From Octopus bimaculoides (Eukaryota): a stretch of 45,685 bases of DNA. This document shows positions 9,330 to 22,390 of the stretch, in pieces. The notes beneath the pieces are model-generated. The model had not been told where the DNA came from and searched no databases. It saw only the letters and a list, made by a program, of their open reading frames with translations. Position 1 is the first letter of the stretch; every line of letters starts with the position of its first letter. The DNA is taken from positions 35,436,758-35,482,442 of the forward strand of contig NC_068997.1 of NCBI RefSeq assembly GCF_001194135.2. The letters are read 5' to 3'. The position numbers were made by a program, and so were the translations under genes.

Positions 9330-12323
9330 GTGGTGGTGACAGTGGTAGAATGTAGAAAAATTGTTTTGGAATTCTGCCACCAGCAGAGAGACTGCTTTCA
9401 CTGGCAACCTAGCTGTTTAGTAGCATACATAAATCCCAAAGTTTTCGATCTTCCCTTCTATGAAAAATTACCTCACAACATAAGCTGTTGGCTCATAAGG
9501 TTCCAAGAAGCAAGTTAGTTTGGAAAAGAAGGGTATGGAAGCTTAAGGATCCTTTGATTAGTCAGAGATTTAGAAACGTCCTAACTGAAGCATTTAATGA
9601 GGAGGAGGAGGAGTTACAGACTTGTAACAGACAATAACTGGAATTTTCTACAAGACAACCTATTGAGAGCCACAGACCAAATTTGTGGGTGGTGCAAAGT
9701 CCCAGCCAGGCCTAGGGTGATGTGGTAGTGGAACAGGGTAGTCAACAGGGCCACTAGAGCAAAGAAACAGGTTTGGAAGGATGGTGGTAGTAAAGAGTTA
9801 TATCAAGCAGCTAGAAGGGAAGCTAAGAAGCAGGTATACGTAGCCAGGAGTGAAGCAGAAAGGGAGAAGTTTGCCAATGTCGTACAGTGTGAAAACCAGA
9901 GGCTTGAAGTATTTTGGCTTGCATGACAGTGTGCCAGAGAAAATTGTGATGTGGAAGAGAAGTGTGTTTGCATGGATGATGGTTCACTTGCTGTTAGTGA
10001 CTCTGCAAAGAAAGAGGCTTGGAAGTGTCACAATGAAAGGCTACTAAATGTAGAGAATGCATGTGAGAAGGAGACTGTGCCTTAAGTAGATCTGACAGAG
10101 AGAGCAGCAATTCGAATAGACAGGCTGTACATGAGGGAGTTGTACCCAATGACCGGTGTAGTAACGTCATAGTCAACTGCTACAAAGGTAAAGGTGACAC
10201 ATTAGATAGAAATAATTACAAAGATAGCAAATTGTTGGATCAGGGGATAAAGTCAAAGAGTGGGTCATAGCCCTACTAATTAGTGGGAGAGTTAGCCTAG
10301 ATGAGATGCACTTTGTTTTTGTGCCAGGTCGAAGCACCACTGATGCTATATTTCTGGTAAGGCAACTGCAAGAGAAATTCCTAGCCAAAGATAAACCTCT
10401 GTATTTGGCTTTTGTTGACAGGAATAAAGCCTTTGACAGGGTCCCCCGATCTCTTATCTGGTGGTCAATGCGGAAAATAGGGATAGACAAGTAGTTGGTA
10501 AGAGCTGTACAGAGATGCTGTCAGTAATGTGAGGGTTGGCAACAAGTATAGCAATTAATTCAGGATACAAGTATGAGCTTGCCAAGGTCAGTCTTCATCC
10601 CCCTTCTGTTCATTGTAGTCCTTCAGGCAATAACAGAAGAATTTAAGAGGGGCTGCCTTTGGGAGCTCTTCTATGCTGATGACGTTGTTTGCATAGCTGA
10701 ATCACTTCCAGAACTAGAGAAGAAATTTCAGGTGTGGAAGCAAGGTCTAGAGTCAAAGGGCCTTAGAATTAATCTAGCAAAAACCAAAGCCTTAGTAAGT
10801 AAGAAAGCAGATGAATCACAAATCCCTTCAGATAGATGACCCAACTCAATTTGTAGAAAATGCATAGGTATAAACTCCATAAGCTATGGAGGCATAAGAG
10901 GTGCAGCAATATCTGAGGAAGGTTAACAGGGAAAATAGTTTTTGTGTGTTGAAGGTGCACAGGTACAATAAACACCACAAATGTACAGAAAATAGACTCC
11001 ATCAAATGTCAAGTGGGTAAGCTAGAGGTAGTCGATAACTTCCTTTATGTAAGTGACAAAGTCAGTAGTGGAGGTGGATACTCCAGGAGTGTAGCTGCAA
11101 GAATTGGTTGGGAAAAGTTCAGCGCTCCTACTTCTGTTGGGAACAAAAGGCCTCTCTCTCAGAGTGAAAGGCAGACTGTACGATGTAGTTATGCTACATG
11201 GTAGTGAGACATGGGTTGTGACTGCTGAAGATATGTATAGGCTTGAAGGAAATGAAGCCAGCATGCTTTGCTGGAAGTGCAATGTTAGTGTGCATGTACA
11301 ACAGAGTAAACATCTTGAGAGAAAAGCTGGTCATAAGAGGCATGAGATGTGGTGTTCTAGAGAGACAACTGTGCTAGTGTGGTCATGTGATACGTATGGA
11401 CGAGGACAGCTGTGTAAAGGAGTGCTGATCTCTAACTGTGAAGGGAACCTCTGGAAGAGGTAGACCTAAGAAGACAGGACGAGGTGGTAAAGCATGATCT
11501 TCAAATGTTGGGCCTCACGGAGGTGATGACAAGTGACTAAGAGCTCTGGCACTCTGCTATGTCTGAGAACACTCATCAGGTCAGTTGAAATCGTAGTTGT
11601 GGCCATGCCGGTGTCATGTAAATGGCACCTGTGCATCATAAATATAGTCGTTGCTGGTGCCATGTAAACGGTACCCATGGATTGTAGTCGTGGTCCTTCG
11701 CTTCCAGTGCTATGTAAATGATAGTTGTAGTTGTTTGCTGCCAGTGCCATGTAAATGACACCTATGCATTGTAGTCATGGTCATTGATGGTACCATGTAA
11801 ATCACAACTGTGAATTGTGGTCAATGCTGGTGCCATGTAAATTGGCACCCGGGAATTGTGATCATTGGTGGTGCCATGTAAGTAGCAGCTGTGAGTCGTG
11901 GTCACTGTGGGTGTCATGTAAATGGCACCTGTGCATTGTAGTTGTTGCTGTTGCCGGTGCCATGTAAATGACACCCACCCATGAATCATAGTCTTGACTG
12001 TGCTGGTGTCATGTAAATGGCACGACACCTGTGTATCGTAGTTGTGGTTGTTGCTGGTGCCATGTAAATGGCACTCACCCATGAATTGTAGTCATGATCA
12101 TTAACAGTGCCATGTAAATGGCACATGCCTGTGTATTGTGGTTGTGGTTGTTGCCAGTGTCATGTAAAAGCACCCATTACACTCCTGGAGTGGTTGGTGT
12201 TAGGAAGGGCATCCAGGTGCAGAAACCATTCCCAATCAGACTGGAACTTGGTGCAGCTCTCCGGTTCATCAGCTCCAGTCAAACTGACTAACTTATGCCA
12301 GTATGGAGAGTTAAATGATGATG
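9330..12323 (+). mobile_element. Degraded RTE LINE (partial APE, RT with Cys-rich insert, expanded 3' UTR, TGA tail)
   Basis: LEFC (APE), PGRSTTDAIFLVRQLQEK, LAFVD.NKAFDRVP, YADD at 10672-10683, HGSETW, tail TTAAATGATGATG at 12311-12323. Confidence 0.92.
11610..12175 (+). repeat. 13-unit tandem array of hairpin motif GGTGCCATGTAAATGGCACC with variable spacers, inside an RTE 3' UTR
   Basis: Unit starts 11610, 11656, 11706, 11743, 11789, 11829, 11870, 11910, 11956, 12005, 12056, 12106, 12156 (period 37-51 bp). Confidence 0.92.
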
Positions 12324-12827
12324 TGTGCATTGTGAAATTGAAAGTAATGCAGTTAGAAAATGTAGGCACTTTCTTTCAGGAGTACTACTTCCAGTGCCAT
12401 CTTGGTTGAGTTGTGGTGGTAGCTGTAACAATTTCAAAATAAAGTAAAACAATTGCTGGAAAGTTTTTGAGAAAGTTGTATTACTTAATAGGTACATGAT
12501 TTGCTATTTCTTCAGATGTTTTTATTCTGAAAAGGAATGCTAACATTTTTATGCAACTTGCTTGATGTATGCTGTAATTTCAGAAGAGATAGTTGTCATT
12601 TAGCCTTGGGTCAATTCTGAGCAAACAGTCCTATGATAAGAAACACTCAAACCTTGACCTTCCCATAATAAGGATATCAATGTTACATTTTGTTTCCATT
12701 TTTAAGTCTGTACGCTGTAATTTGAGGAGTTGTGTGTGTTTTAGGTCGGGTATAGACCTTTGATTTAAGAAGAGATTGTTAATTTTACATTTTAGTTTGC
12801 ATTGTTTGTACAGCTCACAGGTGGAAA

Positions 12828-13093
12828 TTCTTTTATTCTTTTACTTGTTTCAATCATTTGACTACAGCCATTCTGGAGCACCTCCTTTAGTTGAAACACA
12901 CCAACATTGGTTGTCAAGCAATGGTGAGGTAACTAACACAGACACACAAACATGTACATGTATATGATGGGCTTCCTTCAGTTTCCAACTAGCAAATCCA
13001 CTCAAGGCTTTGGTCAAGGTGCCATGCAGTGGGACTGAACCTGGAACCATGTGGTTGGGAAGCAAGCTTCTTACCACAAAGCCACTCCTATGC
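12828..13093 (-). mobile_element. tRNA-derived SINE, internally deleted
   Basis: Minus strand A-box TGGCTTTGTGG (13074-13084), B-box-like GGTTCAGTCCC (13031-13041), tail GTCAAATGATTGAAACAAGTAAAAGAATAAAAGAA shared with 37133-37310. Confidence 0.8.
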
Positions 13094-13545
13094 ATGTGAA
13101 TACTTAATTGTTTTTAAACTTTTAAGTTTGACTGAATTTTCAAATATGTTTTTTATATAAGTTTGTGTAAAGTATTGAAAGTGCATGTGGGAAGTAAGAT
13201 AAAATATAAGATGTTCCATCGGCATAGGTATGCATTTGATTGTATGTAGAAAGGGAGAATGAAGACAGTTATTAAAGCAAACTGATAGGACCTCAGAAAG
13301 CTTCTTTTGATTAGGTTTTGCTGAAGTCAAAGTTGATAGTTTATTTTATCAAGTTTCTCTAACATAGCTCTCTTATTTTATCTGCTTGTGGGAAGAAAAA
13401 AATTAGAAGAAAAGTGGGCAGCAGATATTGAAATTTTAGCTATTGGAATGCTGATAATCATTTTGAGGCATGAGAAATAGAAGATATCACTGAACTTTTG
13501 GAATCTGCTTTACAACGAACTAAAATGCATGGTTGTAAGTTGAGC

Positions 13546-14375
13546 TATATGTGGACTGATCAATAAATATCCGGATTGTTAGCATAGTAACAAAGCTTAA
13601 AGCATGCAGAGTGAAACTGCTTGGCACAGACTGACCTTGAACTCTGCTGTGCATGCACACTAAGTTTTAACATTATAGCTCATTTCTGCTGTTTACAGTA
13701 GTGCTTTGAAGTAATGTGTGTAATGTGTGATCATCACATTGGCCATGACAGAGAAGGTTGAGCAGAGAGTCTGCATCAAATTTTGCCAAAAGCTTGGTGA
13801 TAGCTGCTCAGAGGCCTACGCAAAGTTTTCAAAAAGTTTTCATCATTCTTGACACAATCAAGGAGATCTTGTGCAACTGAAACCCAAGTGTCTTTTTGGT
13901 CAGTAATAATGGACTAAACTGAACCATGACTAATCTGCATATCCTCTGATAACTCACAAATGGTGATTTGATGATTTTCCCTCACAGCTGCATGCATATC
14001 TGCAATGTTTTTCTGTTTTGCTAGTTGTCAGTCTCCCAGAACGTTTGTCACTATCAATATTTTTTTGGCCATCTTGGAAATGTCTGAACCACTTGTACAC
14101 TTGTGTGTGATCATACACTTTCTGCAACTTTGCATAGGCCTCTGAGCAGGTATCGCTGTGACAACTTTTTCTGTCATGGACAATGTGACAATTACATGTT
14201 ACACACATTACTTCCAAGCACTGCTGTAAACAGGAGAAGTGAGCTAGAATATTAAAACTTAGTGTACGTGCACAGCAGAGTTCAAGGTCAATCTGTGCTA
14301 AGTGGATTCACTCTGCATGCTTTAGCTTTGTTACTATGGCAACAGTTTGGATACGTATTGATCAAACTTCATATA
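13546..14375 (-). mobile_element. Complete fold-back non-autonomous mariner with about 250-280 bp inverted arms
   Basis: Arms 13546-13825 and 14127-14375 are reverse complements and both contain the transposase start (MTEKVEQRVCIKFCQKLG..SEAYAK). Minus strand continues VYKWFRHFQDG..KRSGR. TA at both ends. Confidence 0.88.
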
Positions 14376-14959
14376 AGCGGAACAATGTTTGTTAGTTCTT
14401 TATAGCTTTTCTACAGATGTTTTTTTATGACAGCAGCTTAACCTTCCCTAAATAATCGAATATTAATTGATAGACAGGTCATGGAAAATAAGATCTGAGG
14501 TGTGTTGCTGTGGACAGGTTAAATTTTGCAAATTTCAACATTTTATGGTTCTTATCACTGAATGCTTTTCTTACTAGTGAGTTCTTGCATGGAAATAGAA
14601 TTAGAATGGGTTATCTATAGAAGCCTAACAGTAGATTTAAGGTTCAAACACATGATCTTGGCATTTAACCTCACAATAATATTTAGTAATAATTAAGAAA
14701 ACCTCATATTGCACAATTCATTTAGATGTCATTTTCATATTAAATATTACATTACACTTCACAGTAGAAGCCACTTTATCTCTAAATAGAATTTGATTAA
14801 AATAATCCATAAATTGTCTGCATTTATTAAATGTTTAATTTCCATAATTTAATTACTCCGCGTGTGTGTGTTTGTATGTGTAATATTCATATTTCTGGAA
14901 GTTACCAGTTCATATTTTGTTGGACTCATTTTTATGGATTTTCTCTTTGTCTTTTTCAG

Positions 14960-15133
14960 AGTGTTACTGTGAACATCTTTAATGGAGCTTTGTGGTGTAG
15001 AGTTATGATCACTGAGTACAATTCTAAAAAAAATATGTATCAGTTGAATATATCGTTTTTAGTTTATTATCCAACATTACCAATAATCCTAGTGAAATTC
15101 CTTAAAGATCCCCTCCTTGGCATTGTGATGGAG
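14960..15133 (+). CDS. CENPN: Internal coding exon (174 nt, phase 0/0), probable centromere protein N
   Basis: Acceptor TTCTCTTTGTCTTTTTCAG, donor GAG|GTAAGG. Peptide SVTVNIFNGALWCRV..FLVYYPTLP..DPLLGIVME resembles my recollection of human CENP-N (VTVSF..NAVWIRI..YVVYYSQTP..TPLLG). Not database-verified. Confidence 0.72.
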
Positions 15134-16665
15134 GTAAGGGAGATTTCCTTATATACTGATTGTTAATGACTTCCATGTAATCTTTTTTTTTTATGAAACT
15201 TTAAGAATTTGAAAGTTCAGTTGGTTATTCATCAGATCTCTTGTGACTCTTATATTAACATTAAGATTTCAAAATTACTACAAAATTACCATTAGTTTTT
15301 CATTTCCTGTCTTATCACGTTAAATAAATCTACGACTGTGCATCAGAATTATAGACATTTTAGCATTACCATGTTTCAAAATCATTCACTCTTCAGCTTT
15401 CTCAATTGACTGCACGTAATTTTGATTGTTGTTATATTACTACTGCATGCATTCTTTTGTAACTAAACATTCTCTCAAGATTGGTTTTCCTTTTTTTAAA
15501 GAAAATTTTCATGTTCTTTTAGGCTCTTACTTTTCATTAATGTTGAGTTTAATATTGCCAGACCAGCTTTTACCAAGTGTTTTACTATAGTCAAGTAATA
15601 TGTACAAATAATAAGCTATGATTGGTTCAGTCAATTGTACAAGTAATGTACTGTTGTTGCTCAACGAAAGAGCAAAATATTGTGCAATGTTTTCTGTTAA
15701 ACAAAGTATCAGTTGTTATAAATCATGTCAAGACTATCCATCTTTTACAATTTTAAATATAATCTGTTGTTTAAATCAATTGTTGATATTCAATGGTTTA
15801 AATCAGCAAATAATAGGGTTCTGACAAATTTGATCATATTTAATTTTCTCCCAACAATGAAATTAGATATATCAAACATCAAAATTTTCTTATAACTTTA
15901 AAGATAATTTTTCGTGGGGAAAAAACTTTAAAAAAGAATTTTTTTAACCCATTTAAAGTACAAGAATTTTTGTTTGCCAGTGAATGTATGAAAATTTCAA
16001 GGAAAAAACTGTCTTTTTACATATTGCTGACATTTGGGGCCAAGTGACAAAATAAATATTTAAGTATCAGGATTTGATTATTATAAATTTAAGATATGAA
16101 GGAGATCAACTGCTGAGACAGATTTGAAATATATAAATCTTATAATTAATGGCTTCTTGGCTTTGTACTCTTGCTTGATGGGGGCTGGAGTCATTCCGAG
16201 TTAGTGGTCCGAGTTATCATCATGCATAGAGCCAACCAGGTCCACCTATGCGCTCCATTGCTTGTGGTCCTATGCTAGCCCCTCTGCATCCTGTTGTAAT
16301 TAATACAATTGTTTATTATTTAATCATGGGGAAGGACAGTACCCTTGATTTGTTTCAGGGCCTCTGAAACTGGAGGGAAGGAAGTAGGAACATATACTCA
16401 AAGCAGAGGTTTGGTTGAAATGCTTGCAACAGAGTGGGATTCACTAAATGTATCCAAGGATCTGGTGGAAGTCTTTAAACTCTGTGATGGATGAAGCCTA
16501 CCACCCCAGTAGACTATGGTAGAAGTTGAACTCAGAAAGCAAAGAACTAGAAAAATGCTGATATTCTAACAATTATTTCATTCATGTAAGAATGCAAAGT
16601 TGCGACACTTCGAGAGAGTTACTTCTTATGCAATTAAGTTATGTTTCTAATCTTTTTGCAGTTAC

Positions 16666-16870
16666 ATCATCATCATCTTTACATCTTTTTCCATGTTGGC
16701 ATGGATTGAATGAATCTTAACAATACTCTTGCCAGATGTTCTTCTCAAAGACAACTCTTATTTGCTTTTGAGTAAAATACTTTATTCCACTGCTTTTTGC
16801 ATGTCAAACCACCGAGTTGCAGACATAAGGACATAAAGGATACTACTGCTCAGTGTCAATCCAAAGACAC
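16666..16870 (-). mobile_element. Non-coding SINE-like repeat ending in the RTE-type 3' hairpin and (TGA)n tail
   Basis: Plus strand CATCATCATC..TTTTTCCATGTTGGCATGG is the reverse complement of the RTE tail module. No RT coding sequence attached. Confidence 0.55.
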
Positions 16871-17285
16871 ACAAAGTTAATATGTGTGCAAAGATATGCA
16901 TATACGTACATGCAAATACATATACATACACACACAGTTGCACATTCAGTGTGGAAAGCTATTCATTAATTATATGATGAATATCTTCTCCAAGATTGAC
17001 ACAGTTACCAGCTTTATTAAATAACTGGCTATTTTTATATTCACTGAAGTAAGCATTTAGTAAAAATCATAGTGATACCCATTTTGAACAAATCTACCAT
17101 GCAGAAATCTATTACAAACAGCATGTTTGAAAACAACTTCACTACTGAAGAAGTATTAAAACAAAATATAGGAAAAAAATAAACAAAGCATTATCAAAGA
17201 AGAATTGAAATGAAATATGGGTAAGTAAACAAAATACTTTTAGTTGTAACTATAAGGATTAAAAAAAAAGTGGCAGGATAAAGAT

Positions 17286-17524
17286 CCTTCCCAAGTCATA
17301 TAGACTCATAGGGCTGATTTCCTGGTTTCAGTGGTGCATATATTTTCCTCTGGACAGGAATCTGGTCTGTTGCAGGAATACATTTTTGCTGGCTGAGTGA
17401 ATTTGAGCAGCGTGAAATAAAGTGTTTTGCTCAAGGACACAACACATTGTCTGGTCCAGGAACTGAAACCACAATCTTACAATCATGAGTCCAACACCCT
17501 AACCACTAAGCCATACACCTCCAC
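17286..17524 (-). mobile_element. tRNA-derived CORE-type SINE
   Basis: Minus strand A-box TGGCTTAGTGG (17503-17513), degenerate B-box GGTTTCAGTTCC, CORE-like TGTGTCCTTGAGCAAAACACTT. Confidence 0.8.
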
Positions 17525-18012
17525 ATAGCTATAAGAGGAATCTTATAATATTTCTGCTTGTCATTATGTTAGTAATGCTTTCACGTGATTAAAGAAAAGG
17601 AGGGTGAGAGAAGCATCCATGGCATGAGGTAGAGAGAACATAATTGTAACATTTTCACATGATTGGTTGAAGGGAAAGAGAACAAGAGGAAGAAAAAGGA
17701 GCGAGAGAGAAAGAGGATAGGGTGAAGAGTGAGACAGAAAGAGAGAAGGAAAAAGAGGAAGAGAGAAGTGTCCATGACATGTGATTGGGGGAGCGTAATA
17801 TTTATTGCATGGTTAAAGAAGTTAGTTGGTGGTGAGATAGAGGAGAGTTAGAAATATAATTTTAGCAAAGGGGTGATATTCTGATGGTGAGATTAAAGAA
17901 AGGCACAGAGAGAGAGATGGTGGTGGTGGAGGTGACGCTGGTGAGTGCATAGTGAAAAGTGAATATTTATTTTAAGAGTGCTGTGCTTTAAGTCTATAAA
18001 TTGTGCATAAAG

Positions 18013-18038
18013 TATATATATATATATATATATATATA
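18013..18038. repeat. (TA)n microsatellite
   Basis: Direct observation. Confidence 0.95.
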
Positions 18039-18672
18039 AAGTGCATTAAGTTATCATTGCATTCCAATTTCCTTCACTTTTCAATGAATAGCAGATGAGC
18101 AACTATCTTTTGATACAGACACAATACAGGTATGCTTTCAGGCTTTTTGGATAATGTTTTCAAGAATAACCCACTAGGTTTACTATTAATTCTGTGAAAT
18201 ATTCATGGGCCCTGCTAGTTGTAATTAAAGAATTCATTTTTTGTGAAGTTATGAACTCAATAATGGCTTATTGGGCACATTGTTAGGAAATGGCAAAAAA
18301 AAAAAAAAAGAAGATTCCTCAGTTGGCTATATGAAAATAATGAAATCATTCTGAGATGAACTTCATCCATAACTAAAACATTTTATAGTGAAGCAGTTAC
18401 GCCAAGTGACATTTGTTAAACACAAAAGAATGACCTATTATGGTAATTTTTCCCTGAGAAATGATATGTGTAATTTTATTCCTGAAAATGTAAACATTGA
18501 ACTAATAGTACCACATGGACATTGTCTTTGATCAGCAACAACCTAGGCTTATGCAACTAATACATTGCTAGCAGTCGAGCTGACTGCCGTACTCCTACCA
18601 TGTCAGCAGATAGCCACAATGAAGTCAACATGTCAGGGAATCTATCAATGAGTGACAATGAAAAAATATGCC

Positions 18673-18985
18673 TTTATTTATCTATAAAGCTTTGGCTACC
18701 ACATGCTATATATTAGAGTAAAGTTCAGAAATCCAACTGCTCAATTCTCTTCCACTTTATAGTACTCACATTATAACTATTATTCGTTTATTTATCTATT
18801 TACCTACAAAGCTTTGTTTATTCCATACTGTATGTTAACAAATCCAAATGTTCAATTCTGTTTCACTTTATAGCGCCCATATTATATTATCATTATTATT
18901 ATTTATTTATCTATAAAGCTTTGTCTACCCCATACTGTATGTTATAGCAAAGTTAAGAAATCCAATTGCTCAATTCTGTATACAG
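18673..18985. repeat. Degenerate 3-copy tandem repeat, about 115 bp unit
   Basis: TTTATTTATCTA..AAAGCTTTG..AAATCCAA.TG.TCAATTCT recurs at 18673, 18788 and 18902. Confidence 0.75.
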
Positions 18986-19469
18986 TTGCTCTAAATCTTG
19001 AAAAATTTCAGCTCTTCATTTGTTTTGTTACCCTCTATCTTATTCAAACGTTCTATTGTTTTCCTCTACTGTAGTCCTAATTCTTGAAAATTTTACCTTC
19101 CTCCCTCTCCCTCTCTCCGTTTTGTTACCCACTATATTTTTGCTTGTCTGTATCCTTCCTTTCCCATGTTGATTGCTAATTAGCTTTTGCTTTGTTTGTG
19201 GATATGTTACATTGCCTTTAGCTAGGAAATAGGGCATCCATAGTTAGCAGTGCCCCCTCCCAACCTACCCCTACCACATGTACTGGAAGTCTTTCCCGTA
19301 GCACTTTTAATGGTTACCTATACGGAATGCTCTCCCCCTTCCATCCCTATCTAGTGTTTATCTCTCAGTAAACATAGCAATTGCGAAGCGAATAAAATGA
19401 CAATGCAGGTTGAAACCTATTTATACTTTTACAATGTCTGCCAAACACACATGCAAGCTTTCTTTTCAG

Positions 19470-22390
19470 ATGCAAATGCTGTCCCTCATCCCTGTGTCTC
19501 CCCAGCCCACACCATAAGAGTTGGCACACTTAATATGTGCACATTGTAAGGTAGGTCTGGTGAGCTTGTTGGGATGCTTGAACAGAAGTATGCAGATTTG
19601 TGTTGCATCCAAGAGGTAAGGTTGACAGGAGGTTCTGCTACGTTCCTCACAGGCAAAGTGCTCAGAACAGTGATGGGGTTGGGGGCATGGGTATACTCCT
19701 TGCTGAGAAATGGGTTGATAAGGTAATCAAGGTAGTCAGAGTCTGTGATAGAATACTTAAGCTTAGACTAGTTCTACAACATAGAACAGCAACCATTATC
19801 TTAGTCTATGCCCTTCAGCCAAATCTACATGATGAACAGAAAGACTGATTTAATGACACCCTCTTGCAGATTACATCATTAACGAATGACAGGAACTTTC
19901 TCTTTGTGGCTGACAACTTCAATAGGCATGTTGGACAACATCCGGGTAGCTTCCATGGTGTGCATAGTGGCAACGGATTTGGTTCCCACGATGAGGAGGG
20001 AACCAGGCTGCTGGAGTTCTGTGATCTGCTATACTAACTTCAGGAAACCTGCCAGTTACTTGTTCATCTACCAATCTGATGTGCACAATTATCAGATTGA
20101 CTACATTATCACCAGAAAATGGGAAAGGTAGCTGCTTATAAATGCCAAAACTAACCCAAGTGAAGAATGCACCCCTCAACATAGGTTAGTTGTTAGCGAC
20201 TTCAGGATCAGGGCTAGATGGCTGCCCAAAAGACAACCAGTGTGGAAAAGAAAGGTTTGGAAGCTTAAGGGTCCTTTGAATGAACAGAAATTTAGAGAGG
20301 TATTACTTGAAAAGGAGCATCATATAATGTGGAGGACAAATGAAGGTTGCTATGGGACAACCTGCAGAAGGCTACTAACAAGATCTGTGGCTGGTGCAAA
20401 ACCCCCTCTCGTCTTTAGGTGACATGATGGTGGAACAGTGTAGTTCACTAGGCCATTAGAGAAAATAAACAGGCCTGGAATGACTGGAAGTGTGGTGGTA
20501 GCAGGGAACTGTATCAGGTAGCTAGAAGGGAAGCTAGGAGACAGGTATACTTAGCCAGAAGGAAAACAGAAAAGAGGTTTGCCAATGTTCTGCGTCATGA
20601 GGACCAGAGACTTGAAGTATTTCAAATTGCACGACATTGTGTGAGAGAAAATTGCGATGTCCACATGGATGATGGTTCACTTGCATTTAATGGTGCTGCA
20701 AAGAAAGAGGCTTGGAAATGCCACTATGGAAGGCTGCTAAATAAAGAGAATGATTGGGAGAAAGAGAGTCTGCCAAATGTTGACCCAACTGAGGGACCAG
20801 CTATCTGAATTGACAGTACTTTCATAGATAAAGCAATTTAGGATATGAAGACAGGAAAAGCTCCCGGCCCATCAGAAATCACCACTGAAATGCTTAAAAT
20901 ATCTGACAGTGTAGGCTATGGTCTAGTCACACGTATAGGTAATCAGGTTTTACATGAAGAACTCATGCCTAATGACTGGTGTAGCAACACCATAGTTAAC
21001 TGCTACAAAGGTAAAGGTGACACATTAGATAAAAATAATTACAGCGGTATCAAATTGTTGGATCAGGTGATGAAAGTTACAGAAAGGGTCATAGCCCAAC
21101 TGATTTGGGTGAGAGTTATTTCAGATGAAATGCGGTTTGGTTTTGTGTGAGGGAGAAGCACCACTGATGTTATATTCCTGGTAATACAGCTGCAAGAGAA
21201 ATATCTAGCCAAAGATAAACCTCTGTACCTGGCTTTTGTTGACATGGAGAAAGCCTTTTACAGGGTCCCCCAATCCCTTATCCGGTGGTCAATGCGGAAA
21301 CTATGGATAGACAAGTAGGTGTTGAGAACTGTACAAGCCATGTACAGGGATGCTGTCAGTAAGGTGAGGGTTGGCAATGAGTATAATGAAGAATTTTGGG
21401 TACAAGTAGGGATTCACCAAGGATCAATCCTCAGCTCCCTCTTGTTCATCAATCCTCCAAGCAATAACAGAGGAATTGAAGACTGGCTGCTCCTGGGAAC
21501 ACCTCTATGCTGATGACCTTGTTCGCATAGCTGAATTACTTCCAGAACTAGAGAAGTTTGAGGTTTGGAAACACGGTCTAGAGTTAACCTAGCAAAAATC
21601 AAAGTCTTAGTAAGTAGGAAGGCACACAAATCACTTCAAGTAGATGGCCCTGCTTGATCTGAAGAAAAGGTGTAGGTAGAAACTCCATAAGATGTACCCA
21701 GTGCAAGCTGAGGATACATAAGAGGTGCACAAGTACAATTAACACTAAAAATGTACAGATAATAGATTCCATCACATGCTAGGGGGAGAAAACTAGAAGT
21801 AGTTGATAGCTTCCATTACCTAGGTGACCAGGTCAGTAGTGTGGGTGAATGTTATAGGAGCATAGCTGCTAGATTACGAATAGATTGGGCAAAGTTCAGA
21901 GAGCTCCTACCTCTGCTGATAACAGGGCTTCTTACTCAGAGTGAAAGATGGACTGTATGATGCCTGTGTGTGAACAGCCATGCTATATAGCAGTGAAACA
22001 TGGGTTGTGACTGCTGAGGACATGCCTAGGCTAGAAAGAAATGAAGCCAATGTGCTTCACTGGATGTGTAATGTCAGTGTGCATGCATGACAGAGTGTAA
22101 GCATCCTGTGAGAGAAGTTGGGCATAAGAATCATGAGATATAGTGTGGAAGAGAGATGACTGCTGGTATCATCATGTGATGTGTATGGATGAGGACAGCT
22201 GTGTGAACAAGTGTTGGAAGACATGGGATGAGGTGATGAAGTGTAATCTCCAAATGTTCGGCCTCATAAAGGCAATGACAAGCGACAGGTCTGGCAATAT
22301 GCCATGCTTGAGAAGAGCTGTCAAGCCAAGTGTGACCATAGTCATGGTCGATGCCAGTGTTGTGTAACTGGCCTGTTGAAAGCACATTTT
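19470..22390 (+). mobile_element. Near full-length degraded RTE LINE (APE + RT), 3' tail missing
   Basis: IRVGTLN..DLCCIQEV, GGMGILLAEKWVDKV, KTGKAPGPSEITTEMLK, YKGKGD.LD.NNY.GIKLLDQVMKV, YADD at 21506-21517. Many stops and frameshifts. Confidence 0.92.

Noticed and set aside
11610-12175. True CRISPR array
   Set aside because: Eukaryotic context, no cas genes, spacers are related to each other, and the repeat is a normal component of the RTE 3' UTR in other copies.
12828-17524. tRNA genes at the A/B-box sites (about 13030-13090 and 17460-17520)
   Set aside because: No cloverleaf can be completed, and both continue into SINE bodies.
18092-18129. Possible small exon (AG..CAG|GTATGC)
   Set aside because: 35 or 38 nt would break the frame between two phase 0 exons, and the CENP-N-like alignment needs no insert.
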